Positions 9,274 to 18,545 of a DNA stretch of 64,000 bases are shown piece by piece; within the stretch, counting starts at the first letter, position 1, and each line of letters starts with the position of its first letter. A program made the position numbers and the translations under genes. Source of the stretch: Opitutus sp. GAS368 (lineage in GTDB: Bacteria > Verrucomicrobiota > Verrucomicrobiia > Opitutales > Opitutaceae); contig CAMAVZ010000004.1 of the NCBI GenBank assembly GCA_945861645.1, positions 12,051 through 76,050 of the forward strand, read 5' to 3'. The notes under the pieces are model-generated. The model was not told the DNA's origin and searched no databases. It saw nothing but the letters and a program-made list of their open reading frames with translations.

Positions 9274-10488
9274 ATGGTCGAGTTCCCCTCAGGGCAAGAA
9301 AAAGCGCAGCCGATATTGCCGCCCCCGTCCCCGTCACCGCTGGGCGTCTATATCCATGTCCCGTTTTGTGCGACTACTTGCGACTTTTGTGCATTTTATC
9401 AGACCGTACCCAAAGGTGATGCGGTGCGCCGATATCTTGATGGGGTAGAGATGGAAGCAGGCCTAGTGGCGTGGCAGGGGCGGCGCATCAGCACGGCTTT
9501 TTGGGGCGGGGGCACGCCCGGCTTATTGCGTCCGGCTGAGATCGAGCAATTAGGTCGCACGATGTTGCGGGGCGGCGAGGCGCCCGCGGAGTGGTCGGTG
9601 GAACTGGCTCCTGCCACCGTGACCGAAGATCGGCTCGCGGTGTTGCATGCACTCGGGGTTACGCGAATTTCGCTGGGAGTACAAAGTTTTCGATCTGATC
9701 TGCTTGATGCTTTGGGCCGGCAGCACACGCCGGCCCAAATTTATCGAGCTTACGACCTGATTCGTGCGCGGGGTTTTGCCAGCGTTAATCTTGATCTGAT
9801 GTTTGCGTTGCCCGGGCAGACCGAAACTCAATGGCGGGGCGATCTCGATGAGGCGCTCCGTCTCGCGCCGGATCATCTGTCCACCTACTGTTTAACTTTT
9901 GAGGAAGACACCGCGCTCTGGGTTAAATTATCACAGGGCAAGGTGAAGTTGGACGTCGAGAAGGAAGCCGCGTTTTATCAACACACGTGGGATTATCTGC
10001 GTGCGGCGGGCTATGCTCAGTACGAGGTGTCCAATTTTTCGCGCCCGGGGCAGGTCTGCCAGCACAATCTAAACACGTGGAATATGTATGAGTGGGTCGG
10101 GCTGGGGCCTTCGGCGGCTTCGCAGGATATTGGTTGGCGGAGCAGTAATCCGGCCGATCTCGCTCAGTGGTTGGCTGACGTGGGGCGGAGGCAACGGGCG
10201 ACCAGTGATCGCGTCGCTTTGACGCCCGATTTGCTGGCCGCGGATGCGGTAATTTTTGGTCTGCGGATGAATGCCGGCGTCTCGCTGCCGCATTTACAAC
10301 GTCGCTTTCCGGCGGCGCCGTGGGCGCAGTTGCACGATGCGTTGCCCGAATTTATGGCCGGGGGATTGCTGGAGGCAACGGTGGCCGGACAAATTAGCCT
10401 GACGGACCGCGGTCGCTTACTCGCTGATGCGATAGGCGCGGAAATCCTTGAAGCTTTTGCCGCTTCCGTAAAAACATCATCGCCATGA
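9274..10488 (+). CDS. hemW: Radical SAM haem chaperone HemW (HemN-like)
   Basis: YIHVPFCATTCDFCAFY (CxxxCxxC), GGGTP, RISLGVQSF, YEVSNFS, HNxxxW. Exact start uncertain. Confidence 0.88.
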   Translation: MVEFPSGQEKAQPILPPPSPSPLGVYIHVPFCATTCDFCAFYQTVPKGDAVRRYLDGVEMEAGLVAWQGRRISTAFWGGGTPGLLRPAEIEQLGRTMLRGGEAPAEWSVELAPATVTEDRLAVLHALGVTRISLGVQSFRSDLLDALGRQHTPAQIYRAYDLIRARGFASVNLDLMFALPGQTETQWRGDLDEALRLAPDHLSTYCLTFEEDTALWVKLSQGKVKLDVEKEAAFYQHTWDYLRAAGYAQYEVSNFSRPGQVCQHNLNTWNMYEWVGLGPSAASQDIGWRSSNPADLAQWLADVGRRQRATSDRVALTPDLLAADAVIFGLRMNAGVSLPHLQRRFPAAPWAQLHDALPEFMAGGLLEATVAGQISLTDRGRLLADAIGAEILEAFAASVKTSSP

Positions 10489-10982
10489 TCTCTCGCTATC
10501 CACGATTTCTCGGGCTAGTTTTGCTGCTGGTGGTTGGCGTGGTTGGGTGCCAGTCCCCAAGGCCAGTGGCCCCACCACTGGTGGCGCGATTTTTTCTCGA
10601 AGTCCGGCCGGGTGAAGGCGGCGTGCCACTGACGCTGCCGGTGAGCGGAGTGCTGATCACGGTTAATGCGAAACCCGTGATCGTCGAAAACGACATCGTC
10701 AACGCCGAGATCGCGCAAGTGGATCTAGGGCCCTGTCTGCTGCTCGAGCTTACCCCTGCCGCGAGCCGCGATCTCTATCGATTGTCGGTCGCCCAGCACG
10801 GGCAGCGTCTCGTGTTGGTCTTAAATGATGTGCCGGTAGGGGCGCGGCGGCTCGAGCCGAAGATGGCGGCAGATGGAATATTGATTTTTATTGAGACGCC
10901 GGCGACTGATTTGGCCGAGCAAGTGGCTCGGCTCAAGCGTACCTCAAATGCGATCACGGCGGCGGCGCGATCAGCCCCTTGA
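10485..10982 (+). CDS. Lipoprotein with a stand-alone SecD/F P1-head-like domain
   Basis: Lipobox VVG-C, ATGA overlap with hemW. The DIVNAEI...LYRLS...GQRLVLVLND pattern resembles the SecD head (by eye only). Confidence 0.6.
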   Translation: MISRYPRFLGLVLLLVVGVVGCQSPRPVAPPLVARFFLEVRPGEGGVPLTLPVSGVLITVNAKPVIVENDIVNAEIAQVDLGPCLLLELTPAASRDLYRLSVAQHGQRLVLVLNDVPVGARRLEPKMAADGILIFIETPATDLAEQVARLKRTSNAITAAARSAP

Positions 10983-10985
10983 GTC

Positions 10986-12065
10986 ATGATCGAGCTATGG
11001 TTTAGGGCTAAATTCAGAGTGACCTCGGTCGGGTGGCTTCGGCGGGCCGCTGCTAGCCGCCGCTGTTTGCTCGGACTCAGTTTTTTTGTGGCACCATTTA
11101 GTTTTGCGCAACGCTTGGAGCTGACTTGGCCGACTCCCAATCGAGCTTGGGCGCAAGGTCGCAGTAGCGCGGCTTGGGTACAGCCCACGGTGTCGGGCGA
11201 TCCGGAGTCCGGTCTTTTTGGCTGTGTGCGGAGTGCTGGTGGGCAATTTCACGAAGGGCTCGATATTAAACCCGTGGGTCGCGATGCGCGCGGTGAGCCC
11301 ACCGATAAGATTTTTGCCGCTCTACCCGGGGTGGTGCGCTATCTCAGCATCAAGCCCCGGGAAAGTAATTACGGTCGCTATATTGTCATCGAGCATCCGG
11401 GCGTAACGCCGGCGGTTTTTACTCTTTATGCCCATCTGGCTAAAATTGAACCGGGCGTTGGGGTGGGTAGCCACGTCCAGCTGGGGCAGGTGATTGCGAC
11501 GATGGGGCACAGTGCCGGGGGTGGGGGCATTCCGGCGGAGCGGGCGCATCTGCATTTTGAGATCGGGCTGATGGCAACGACTAATTTTTCGTCTTGGTAT
11601 GCTTGGAAAAAATTCGGCAGTACCAACGAGCACGGACTGTGGAACGGCATGAATTTAATGGGCCTCGATCCGCTTGATTTTCTCCGGCAATGGCGGGAGC
11701 GCCGGGTGGATAATCTTCAGCAATATTTCGCTAATATGCGGAGCGTCGTGCGCGTGCGCGTCGTGACCAGCCGAACGCCAGATTTTATCCGGCGCTATCC
11801 GGCTTTGCTCCGCAAGCCGTTGCCTCTGGGGTTTGTCTCGGGCTGGGAAATTGAGTGCAACGCGACGGGCCTCCCGTTTGCTTGGACGCCGCTCGGTCCC
11901 GCCGAGGTCGCGGGGTTACGATCAGAGTCGGTGCACATCAGGTCGGTCGAAGCGGCGAGCGTCCGGGCCTATCGTTGCAAATCGTTGGTCAAGCAGCGCG
12001 GATCGAGCTACGCGCCCGGCGGAGATTTGCAGACCATGCTGCAGCTAATTTTTGGGCTGCGGTGA
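10986..12065 (+). CDS. M23 family metallopeptidase
   Basis: HEGLD (HxxxD), YGRYIVIEH, YAHL, HLHFEI (HxH). Confidence 0.9.
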   Translation: MIELWFRAKFRVTSVGWLRRAAASRRCLLGLSFFVAPFSFAQRLELTWPTPNRAWAQGRSSAAWVQPTVSGDPESGLFGCVRSAGGQFHEGLDIKPVGRDARGEPTDKIFAALPGVVRYLSIKPRESNYGRYIVIEHPGVTPAVFTLYAHLAKIEPGVGVGSHVQLGQVIATMGHSAGGGGIPAERAHLHFEIGLMATTNFSSWYAWKKFGSTNEHGLWNGMNLMGLDPLDFLRQWRERRVDNLQQYFANMRSVVRVRVVTSRTPDFIRRYPALLRKPLPLGFVSGWEIECNATGLPFAWTPLGPAEVAGLRSESVHIRSVEAASVRAYRCKSLVKQRGSSYAPGGDLQTMLQLIFGLR

Positions 12066-12082
12066 GGCTCGGCCCCGGCGTT

Positions 12083-12457
12083 TCAACTCTGCGGCTTAAG
12101 CTGATGAATCAATTTTTGAAATTCCGGATTAGATTTCAAACCTTCGAGGTCGGGGTCCTGCTGCATCCAGTCGAGATCATCGTAGCCTAAAGAAATTGCC
12201 GTGCGCAGCGCGCGGAGGGCATCGGGGCGTTTTTTGCACAAGGCTAAGCTGCAGGCTAAATTATAATGGGCGGTGGGGTTCGCGGGTTCGAGCCGCACAA
12301 GTTTGCGATCCATGCGTAAGCCATCGACGATGCGGCCGGCTTTCGTGTAGAGCCCGCCGAGCAGACCGACGACCTCGGTGTAGCCGGGGCAGCGTTGATA
12401 GACCGCTTCAAAGAATTGAATTTCAAATTGCGAATCGTGTTTAGCGGGACGGAGCAT
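12083..12457 (-). CDS. Small TPR-repeat protein
   Basis: AHYNLACSLAL...A...L..AI..GY...DPDL TPR/cap pattern, starts 1 nt after the stop of the Fur-like gene. Confidence 0.8.
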   Translation of the reverse strand: MLRPAKHDSQFEIQFFEAVYQRCPGYTEVVGLLGGLYTKAGRIVDGLRMDRKLVRLEPANPTAHYNLACSLALCKKRPDALRALRTAISLGYDDLDWMQQDPDLEGLKSNPEFQKLIHQLKPQS

Positions 12458-12458
12458 G

Positions 12459-12926
12459 TTATTTTTTACGATGGTGAGGGCAGCGGCCGCTCGATTGAAA
12501 GGCGATGCACTGGGCGCTCACTTGCAGACGTTGAGCGATGGGTTTGAGGCCGAGTTTCAAGGCGACGGTGCTGCCATACCATTCCATAAAAGGCGCATTA
12601 ATTTCGGAGATTTTGTGGCAATCAACGCACACCACTTGGGCTACTTCCGTGGCGCCGCTGCTGGTGGCAAAATAAAATTTCTCGCCAGAGCCAATATCAA
12701 CTTCGCGTAAAAGGAGGCAGGCGGTCATGAGAGGCAGCGTGCGGTACACCGTGGCGCGAGAGACGGAATCGTCGAGCGCGCGGGCTTGGTCGAGGAGTTG
12801 TTCCGCGGTGAAATGCTCGGTTTGCGCCAAGGCGGCGGCAAAAATGGCGAGGCGTTGTTTAGTTACCCGGAGCCCTCGGCTGGCCAGATAGGCTTGGAAT
12901 TTTTCGCGGGCAACAACGTGACTCAC
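12459..12926 (-). CDS. Fur-family transcriptional regulator
   Basis: GLRVTKQR, HFTAE, VSRATVYRTL helix-turn-helix, CVDC. GTG at 12926 preferred because the TTG at 12962 is part of a TTGACA hexamer. Confidence 0.88.
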   Translation of the reverse strand: MSHVVAREKFQAYLASRGLRVTKQRLAIFAAALAQTEHFTAEQLLDQARALDDSVSRATVYRTLPLMTACLLLREVDIGSGEKFYFATSSGATEVAQVVCVDCHKISEINAPFMEWYGSTVALKLGLKPIAQRLQVSAQCIAFQSSGRCPHHRKK

Positions 12927-12999
12927 GGCGGCAATGTCGGGGCGGCACTTTCGTCCTGTCAACTCGGAAGCGGGGGACTCGGGGCGGCGGGGGCGCGGT

Positions 13000-14370
13000 T
13001 TACTCTGGGGCGGTGTAACTGGTGTTACCGCCGAACTGTTGCCAGCGACGAGCGACGCTGCGGCTGAGGCCCAGCGCTAACGCTGCGAGCAGACTACTGG
13101 CCAGAAAAGTGTAGCGATAATCACTGCCCAGTCGGTCGAGCATGGCGCCCAGCAGTGGGCCCAGACCCATATTAAAGATGGCCGAGATCAGACTGCCCGC
13201 GGCGGCAAATTGGGCGAATTTTAATTTGGGGTAGAGCATTTGGCCGATGGCCGCGGTCCCGGTGAAGAAAATGCCCGAAACAATCCCATGGGCGAGGAGC
13301 ACGATGCCATAGGACGGCTGATCGTGCACCCAGACGAAACCGGCCAACATGAGGCCGGCATAGAGTAAAAGAGCCCCTTGCCCAACGCGGAGCGGGTGAT
13401 AGCGATCCGCTAGCCAGCCGAGCGGAAAGGATAGGCCAAATGAGGTCAGAAAAGTTATCGCGAGGTATTTACCATAAATCTCCACCGTCATTCCGTAGCT
13501 TTTCGCAGTGTAAATGGCGAACGTGTTGACCGGGAGAAAGGCCGCGTTGGCCAAAGCGATAAAGGAAAAGACCCACAGATAATAAGGTTTGGATAAGCAA
13601 TCGCGGAAATAAGCGCCCATCGCCTCGACCACGAGAGGTCGGCCCGGGGTGGTGGGCGGCGGCGGCGGATAGTCGCCTTCCTTGATCCGCAAGCACATCA
13701 CCGAAAAGCCAACGCCATAAATAAGGCCCACGGTGGCTAAAATAATCGAGTAGTTGGCCTCGGCGTGGCCGATGATTTTCCAGTTAAAGAAAATGCCCGC
13801 CCCAAGCCCCACGGCGCGGAAGAGGCCGTAAAAACGACCGAGCCACGCGCGCGGCACGACATCGTTGATCAGTCCGTTGAAGAGCGCGTTGGAAATGACT
13901 ACCCCGATTTCGAAAACGATCCAGCAAGCCCCCATGGTTAGAAGGATGGTGCGGTTGACATTGGCGGGGTTGCCGCCGCTCCAGTGGTGGATGGCCCGCC
14001 CGATCGCGGGGCTGTAGGCTAGGCCTAACATTGCGAGCGTCACAAAAGGCGTGGGCCATAAAAGAAAAGGCAGACGCCGTCCTCGGCGACTCCGGTGACG
14101 ATCACTCCAATAACTAACGATCGGACCAACAAAAAAAATAATTGCTTGCGGGATCGTGAGGAGAAAAATTCCGGTAACTAAATCGCTAGCCTGATACTTT
14201 TTGAGCATCAGCTGGGTGACGGGGACCGCTGATCTTTCGCGCATCATATAGGCGAAATCACCGAATAGCAGCCAAGTGAACAACAGCGCGAGTCCGGCCG
14301 TCGTGTAGGTCAGGGTACCGACCGACCAGGTTTTTTGGTAAGCGGAAGGTGACGAAGGCGATGGGGTCAT
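13000..14370 (-). CDS. MFS transporter (GPH/sugar-symporter-like)
   Basis: About 12 hydrophobic segments, motif-A-like SDRHRSRRGRR and GWLADR. Confidence 0.85.
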   Translation of the reverse strand: MTPSPSSPSAYQKTWSVGTLTYTTAGLALLFTWLLFGDFAYMMRERSAVPVTQLMLKKYQASDLVTGIFLLTIPQAIIFFVGPIVSYWSDRHRSRRGRRLPFLLWPTPFVTLAMLGLAYSPAIGRAIHHWSGGNPANVNRTILLTMGACWIVFEIGVVISNALFNGLINDVVPRAWLGRFYGLFRAVGLGAGIFFNWKIIGHAEANYSIILATVGLIYGVGFSVMCLRIKEGDYPPPPPTTPGRPLVVEAMGAYFRDCLSKPYYLWVFSFIALANAAFLPVNTFAIYTAKSYGMTVEIYGKYLAITFLTSFGLSFPLGWLADRYHPLRVGQGALLLYAGLMLAGFVWVHDQPSYGIVLLAHGIVSGIFFTGTAAIGQMLYPKLKFAQFAAAGSLISAIFNMGLGPLLGAMLDRLGSDYRYTFLASSLLAALALGLSRSVARRWQQFGGNTSYTAPE

Positions 14371-14684
14371 GGATGAGGGCAAATCCGGAAAATGGGGTCG
14401 GTTGATCTTACTCAGTGCACACTGCTGTGTAGAAAATGGTCAAGGCGAGGTGTGTCCAGCGGGGGTGATGACGTTAAGGCGTGCGGGAAAATATCCTGAC
14501 CGGCAAGAGAGTTGTGGCAGGCGACCACCTTCCCCGTGCGACGATTGTTCGGCGGCGGGCTGCATTGAGAGCCGTTGGCCGAGTCTAGCGGATGGTGCGA
14601 CTGCACGGGGGCAGGCTCCGCTTGCCGGCAGAATATCACGACCGTGCATTGACTCAGTCCCGCGGGCGAACATTCACTTGCAGG

Positions 14685-16916
14685 ATGATTGTGGGAGTTC
14701 AGCCCATGGCCGGTTTCGACAAACTTCTGCACTATAAAGTGCCAGAAGCATTCCGCGCGGAAATACGAGCGGGCTCGCTGGTACGAGTACCGATTAGTTC
14801 GCGTCACCACCTTGGTTTAGTGATGGAGCTTAATGCTCAGCCCGATTGTGCGCTCGAGAAATTGAAATTAATCAGTGACGTCCTGCATGATTATCCTGCC
14901 CTGACTCCCGATCTACTCGGGCTCGCTCGGTGGATGCACACTTACTATGCCGCCCGAATGGAGACAGTATTGGAGGCGATGATTCCCGCTGCCGTACGTG
15001 ATGGGGCGCGGTTGAAAACTGAAAAATATCTCAGCCTCACTCGTATCCTGACCGCCGAAGAGTTAGGCCTGCTCCGGAAGAAGGCGCCTCAGCAGGCCCG
15101 GTTGGGAGAATTTCTCCAAGGGCAGATCCAGCCCGTAAAAAAATCTCTCGTGCTCACGCGACTTGATCTCACCGCGGCGGTGGTGACGGCGTTGCTCAAA
15201 CGGGGTTTAGTGCGGGAGGAAACGCGTTCCGTGGAGCGCGTCGCCTACGCTGATAATTGGACCGGGGGCGAAGTGGTGACGGGCTTGCCCCCTAAACTTA
15301 ATGCCGAGCAGGCCACCGTGGTGCAGGCGCTCAGCGCTAGCCTTACGGCGGGAAAATTTGCCGTTCATTTGCTGCATGGCGTGACGGGTTCGGGTAAAAC
15401 CGAAGTTTACCTCCGCGCGGTCGAGCAGGTCCTAGCCGCCGGGGGCAGTGCAATTTATCTCGTCCCCGAGGTGGCACTCACGCCGCAAACCGTAGCCCGC
15501 TTGCGGGGGCGCTTTGAATCTGCGGGGCACAAAACCGTGGTTTGGCATAGCCACCTCGGTGAGGGCGAGCGCTTGGATGGCTGGACCGCGTTGGCCTCTG
15601 GGCAGGCGCGAGTGGTGGTGGGAGCGCGGTCGGCGGTGTTTGCGCCGGTGCAAGATTTACAGCTGATCGTGGTCGATGAGGAACATGAGCCCGCGTATAA
15701 ACAGGATGAGACGCCGCGTTACCACGGGCGGGATGTGGCGGTCTATCGGGCAAAATTAGCGGGCTGTGTTTGCTTGCTCGGTTCGGCCACCCCCTCGTTG
15801 GAATCCTGGGCGAACGTCCAAGCGGGTAAATATCAGCTCAATATTCTGACGAAGCGGGTCGATGACAAAAAATTGCCCGATATTCACGTGGTGGATATGC
15901 GGATCGAAATCGTGCGGCAACGGGGATTGGTAACCCTTTCGCGTTTACTCGTTGATCACATGCACCGGCGTTTCGAGCGCAAGGAGCAGATTATCCTTTT
16001 TATTAATCGCCGCGGCTATGCCTCGAGTATGCAGTGCCGAAAATGTGGGCACGTGGAGCAGTGTCCGCACTGCAGTGTTTCGATGACTTATCACCGCGCG
16101 GATGAGACGCTGAAATGTCATCTCTGCGGCCATGCCCGCGGGGCGCCGGCGGTTTGTCCGGCCTGTGCGGCCCCCGACATCCGTTGGCGTGGACTCGGCA
16201 CGCAACGGGTGGAGGAGGCGGTCCGGCGGGTATTACCGCGAGCGCGATTGGAGCGAATGGATGCCGATACCATGGCAAAAAAGCATCTCTTCCGGCAAAT
16301 TCTCGGCGATTTCCGGGCCGGGAAAATTGACGTACTTATTGGCACGCAAATGATCGGGAAGGGTTTGGATTTCCCGAATGTTACCCTCGTTGGTTTAGTC
16401 GATGCGGATCTTTCCATGCATGTGCCTGATTTTCGCGCCAATGAGCGGACCTTTCAACTGCTCGTGCAGGTCGCGGGTCGGGCCGGTCGAGGCGATCGGG
16501 CGGGGGAGGTGGTGGTGCAGTCGTTCACGCCTAAGTCAGAGGCGATTCAGTTTGCCCGGCATGCCGATTATAACGGATTTGCGGAGGGTGAGCTCGCGAT
16601 GCGCAAAAAATTTAATTATCCGCCCTACCGCCATCTCATTCACCACATTTTTCGGGGTCCCAATCAGGAGAAAATAAAATTTTTCGCGGAGCACTGGGTC
16701 AAGCAAGTCGAGCAAGCCTTGGGGGGCATCGTGGAAATTCGTGGACCAGCCCCAGCGCCGATTGAAAAAGTGAAAGATGAATATCGTTACCAGATTTGGT
16801 ATTTTTGTGCCCGCACCACGGTGGTAGTCCCCAGGTTAGTGCGCTTGCAGGGCACCGTCAAATGGCCGGACGATGTGATCCAAGTGCTCGACGTTGATCC
16901 GATGAGCCTCGTGTAA
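14685..16916 (+). CDS. priA: Primosomal protein N' (replication restart helicase)
   Basis: GVTGSGKTEVY, DEEH, GSATPS, NRRGY, four CxxC, GTQMIGKGLDF, QVAGRAGR. Confidence 0.97.
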   Translation: MIVGVQPMAGFDKLLHYKVPEAFRAEIRAGSLVRVPISSRHHLGLVMELNAQPDCALEKLKLISDVLHDYPALTPDLLGLARWMHTYYAARMETVLEAMIPAAVRDGARLKTEKYLSLTRILTAEELGLLRKKAPQQARLGEFLQGQIQPVKKSLVLTRLDLTAAVVTALLKRGLVREETRSVERVAYADNWTGGEVVTGLPPKLNAEQATVVQALSASLTAGKFAVHLLHGVTGSGKTEVYLRAVEQVLAAGGSAIYLVPEVALTPQTVARLRGRFESAGHKTVVWHSHLGEGERLDGWTALASGQARVVVGARSAVFAPVQDLQLIVVDEEHEPAYKQDETPRYHGRDVAVYRAKLAGCVCLLGSATPSLESWANVQAGKYQLNILTKRVDDKKLPDIHVVDMRIEIVRQRGLVTLSRLLVDHMHRRFERKEQIILFINRRGYASSMQCRKCGHVEQCPHCSVSMTYHRADETLKCHLCGHARGAPAVCPACAAPDIRWRGLGTQRVEEAVRRVLPRARLERMDADTMAKKHLFRQILGDFRAGKIDVLIGTQMIGKGLDFPNVTLVGLVDADLSMHVPDFRANERTFQLLVQVAGRAGRGDRAGEVVVQSFTPKSEAIQFARHADYNGFAEGELAMRKKFNYPPYRHLIHHIFRGPNQEKIKFFAEHWVKQVEQALGGIVEIRGPAPAPIEKVKDEYRYQIWYFCARTTVVVPRLVRLQGTVKWPDDVIQVLDVDPMSLV

Positions 16917-17110
16917 GTGATTTGCGCAGCGAGCGCCGTCGCGCGACGGGAGCGGGATTAAGCTTTAACCCACTCGGATACTCACTAGCCCGCTTCATTT
17001 CATGGATTGAGGTTATCCTGTTGACGCGATGTTGCACGGTCTAGCGGTGGGGGGTGGGGCATATATTTCCGCGTTGCCAAGAACGAGGGGGTAACCGTTG
17101 CTTCTGCCCT

Positions 17111-18511
17111 ATGGGCAAGCAGGCACAAGTCAGTTGGGGTGGGCGTTTCTCGGCGGGTCCCGCCGAGTTGATGCTGCGTTTTAGCGCATCGGTCAGCTTT
17201 GACCGTCGCCTCGCTCCGTTTGATATTCAAGGAAGCCAGGCGCACGCGGCGATGTTGGCGCACGTGGGTTTGATCACGCGGCGCGAGTGCAAAGCCATCC
17301 ATCGCGGGCTGGAGGCGATTCTCAGTGAGATCAACCAGGGAAAATTTAAATGGTCTCAGCAACTGGAAGATGTGCACATGAACATCGAACAGGCGCTGAC
17401 CAAGCGCGTGCCGGCGGCCGCTAAATTGCACACGGCGCGGAGCCGGAACGATCAAGTGGCGACGGATATGCGGCTGTATTTTAAGGCCGCCTGCGCGGAG
17501 GTCATCGCCAGCTTGCAAGCAGCGCAGCGGGCCATTCTCGCCGTAGTTGAAAAAGATGGGAGCGTTTTGCTCCCGGGCTACACTCATTTGCAGCGGGCGC
17601 AGCCGGTGTATCTGGCGCATCATTTTTTTGCTTACCTAGAAATGTTGGAGCGGGATGCGGCGCGTTTTGCCGTGGTGGCTGACCATGCTAATTGGTGTCC
17701 GCTCGGCTCCGGCGCGATTGCGGGCACAACCTTGCCCATCGATCGGGAATATACGGCTGAGTTGCTGGGCTTTGTGGATGCGCAAGGTCGGCCCCGGGTG
17801 ACTCAAAATAGTATGGATGCGGTCAGCGACCGAGACCTCTATATTGAATTTGCCGCAGCTTGCGCCCTCGTGGGGGTGCATTTTTCGCGGCTCGCGGAGG
17901 ATCTGATATTGTGGTCCAGCCAAGAGTTTAAATTTATCGAGCTACCCGATGCTTTCTGCACGGGCTCGAGTCTGATGCCGCAGAAGAAAAATCCTGACTC
18001 GCTCGAATTGTTGCGGGGAAAATCAGCGCGGCTGCAGGGCAATCTGCACACGTTGCTGACGTTGGTCAAAGGGCTGCCGTTGACCTATAATCGCGATTTG
18101 CAGGAGGACAAACCGCCGGTGTTTGATAGTCATGATCAAACGGTGCTCTGCCTGGCGGTGCTCGCCGGCACCGTGGCGGGTTTAAAAATGCATCGGGCGA
18201 AATGTGCAGCGGCGGTCGCGGACCCCGCCTTATTGGCGACCGATTTAGCGGATTATCTCGTGCGACGCGGGGTGGCCTTCCGCGCCGCTCATCATGCGGT
18301 TGGCACCGTGGTCAAGTTGGCGGAAAAGCAAGGGGTGGCGCTTAATCGACTAACTAATGCCGAGGTGAAAGCCATCCATCCCGCTCTAGGTTCAGACTGG
18401 ACGAGTGCCTTTGATCTTTCGGCCGCCATGGCGCGGCGCACAGGCACGGGTATGCCGGGCCCGGCGCAGATGGCACGGCAGTTCAAACGTTGGCAGAAGC
18501 TCTTGGGGTAA
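17111..18511 (+). CDS. argH: Argininosuccinate lyase
   Basis: [44 protein letters not shown]. Confidence 0.97.
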   Translation: MGKQAQVSWGGRFSAGPAELMLRFSASVSFDRRLAPFDIQGSQAHAAMLAHVGLITRRECKAIHRGLEAILSEINQGKFKWSQQLEDVHMNIEQALTKRVPAAAKLHTARSRNDQVATDMRLYFKAACAEVIASLQAAQRAILAVVEKDGSVLLPGYTHLQRAQPVYLAHHFFAYLEMLERDAARFAVVADHANWCPLGSGAIAGTTLPIDREYTAELLGFVDAQGRPRVTQNSMDAVSDRDLYIEFAAACALVGVHFSRLAEDLILWSSQEFKFIELPDAFCTGSSLMPQKKNPDSLELLRGKSARLQGNLHTLLTLVKGLPLTYNRDLQEDKPPVFDSHDQTVLCLAVLAGTVAGLKMHRAKCAAAVADPALLATDLADYLVRRGVAFRAAHHAVGTVVKLAEKQGVALNRLTNAEVKAIHPALGSDWTSAFDLSAAMARRTGTGMPGPAQMARQFKRWQKLLG

Positions 18512-18545
18512 GCGGGAAGGCTCGCGGTCGCGCGTTTTAACCGCC

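Noticed and set aside
14480-14640. Cobalamin riboswitch on the - strand (GCCCCCG, GGGAAGG, GTCAGGA fragments)
   Set aside because: No GGGAA/GGTG-AATCC module or GCCACTG box. The fragments are explained by internal self-pairing.
17000-17623. Long antisense or alternative-frame ORFs (also 518-916, 2113-2727, 8557-9225, 26713-27207, 40584-41297, 48683-49327)
   Set aside because: Shadows of well-supported genes in GC-rich DNA, with no motifs of their own.
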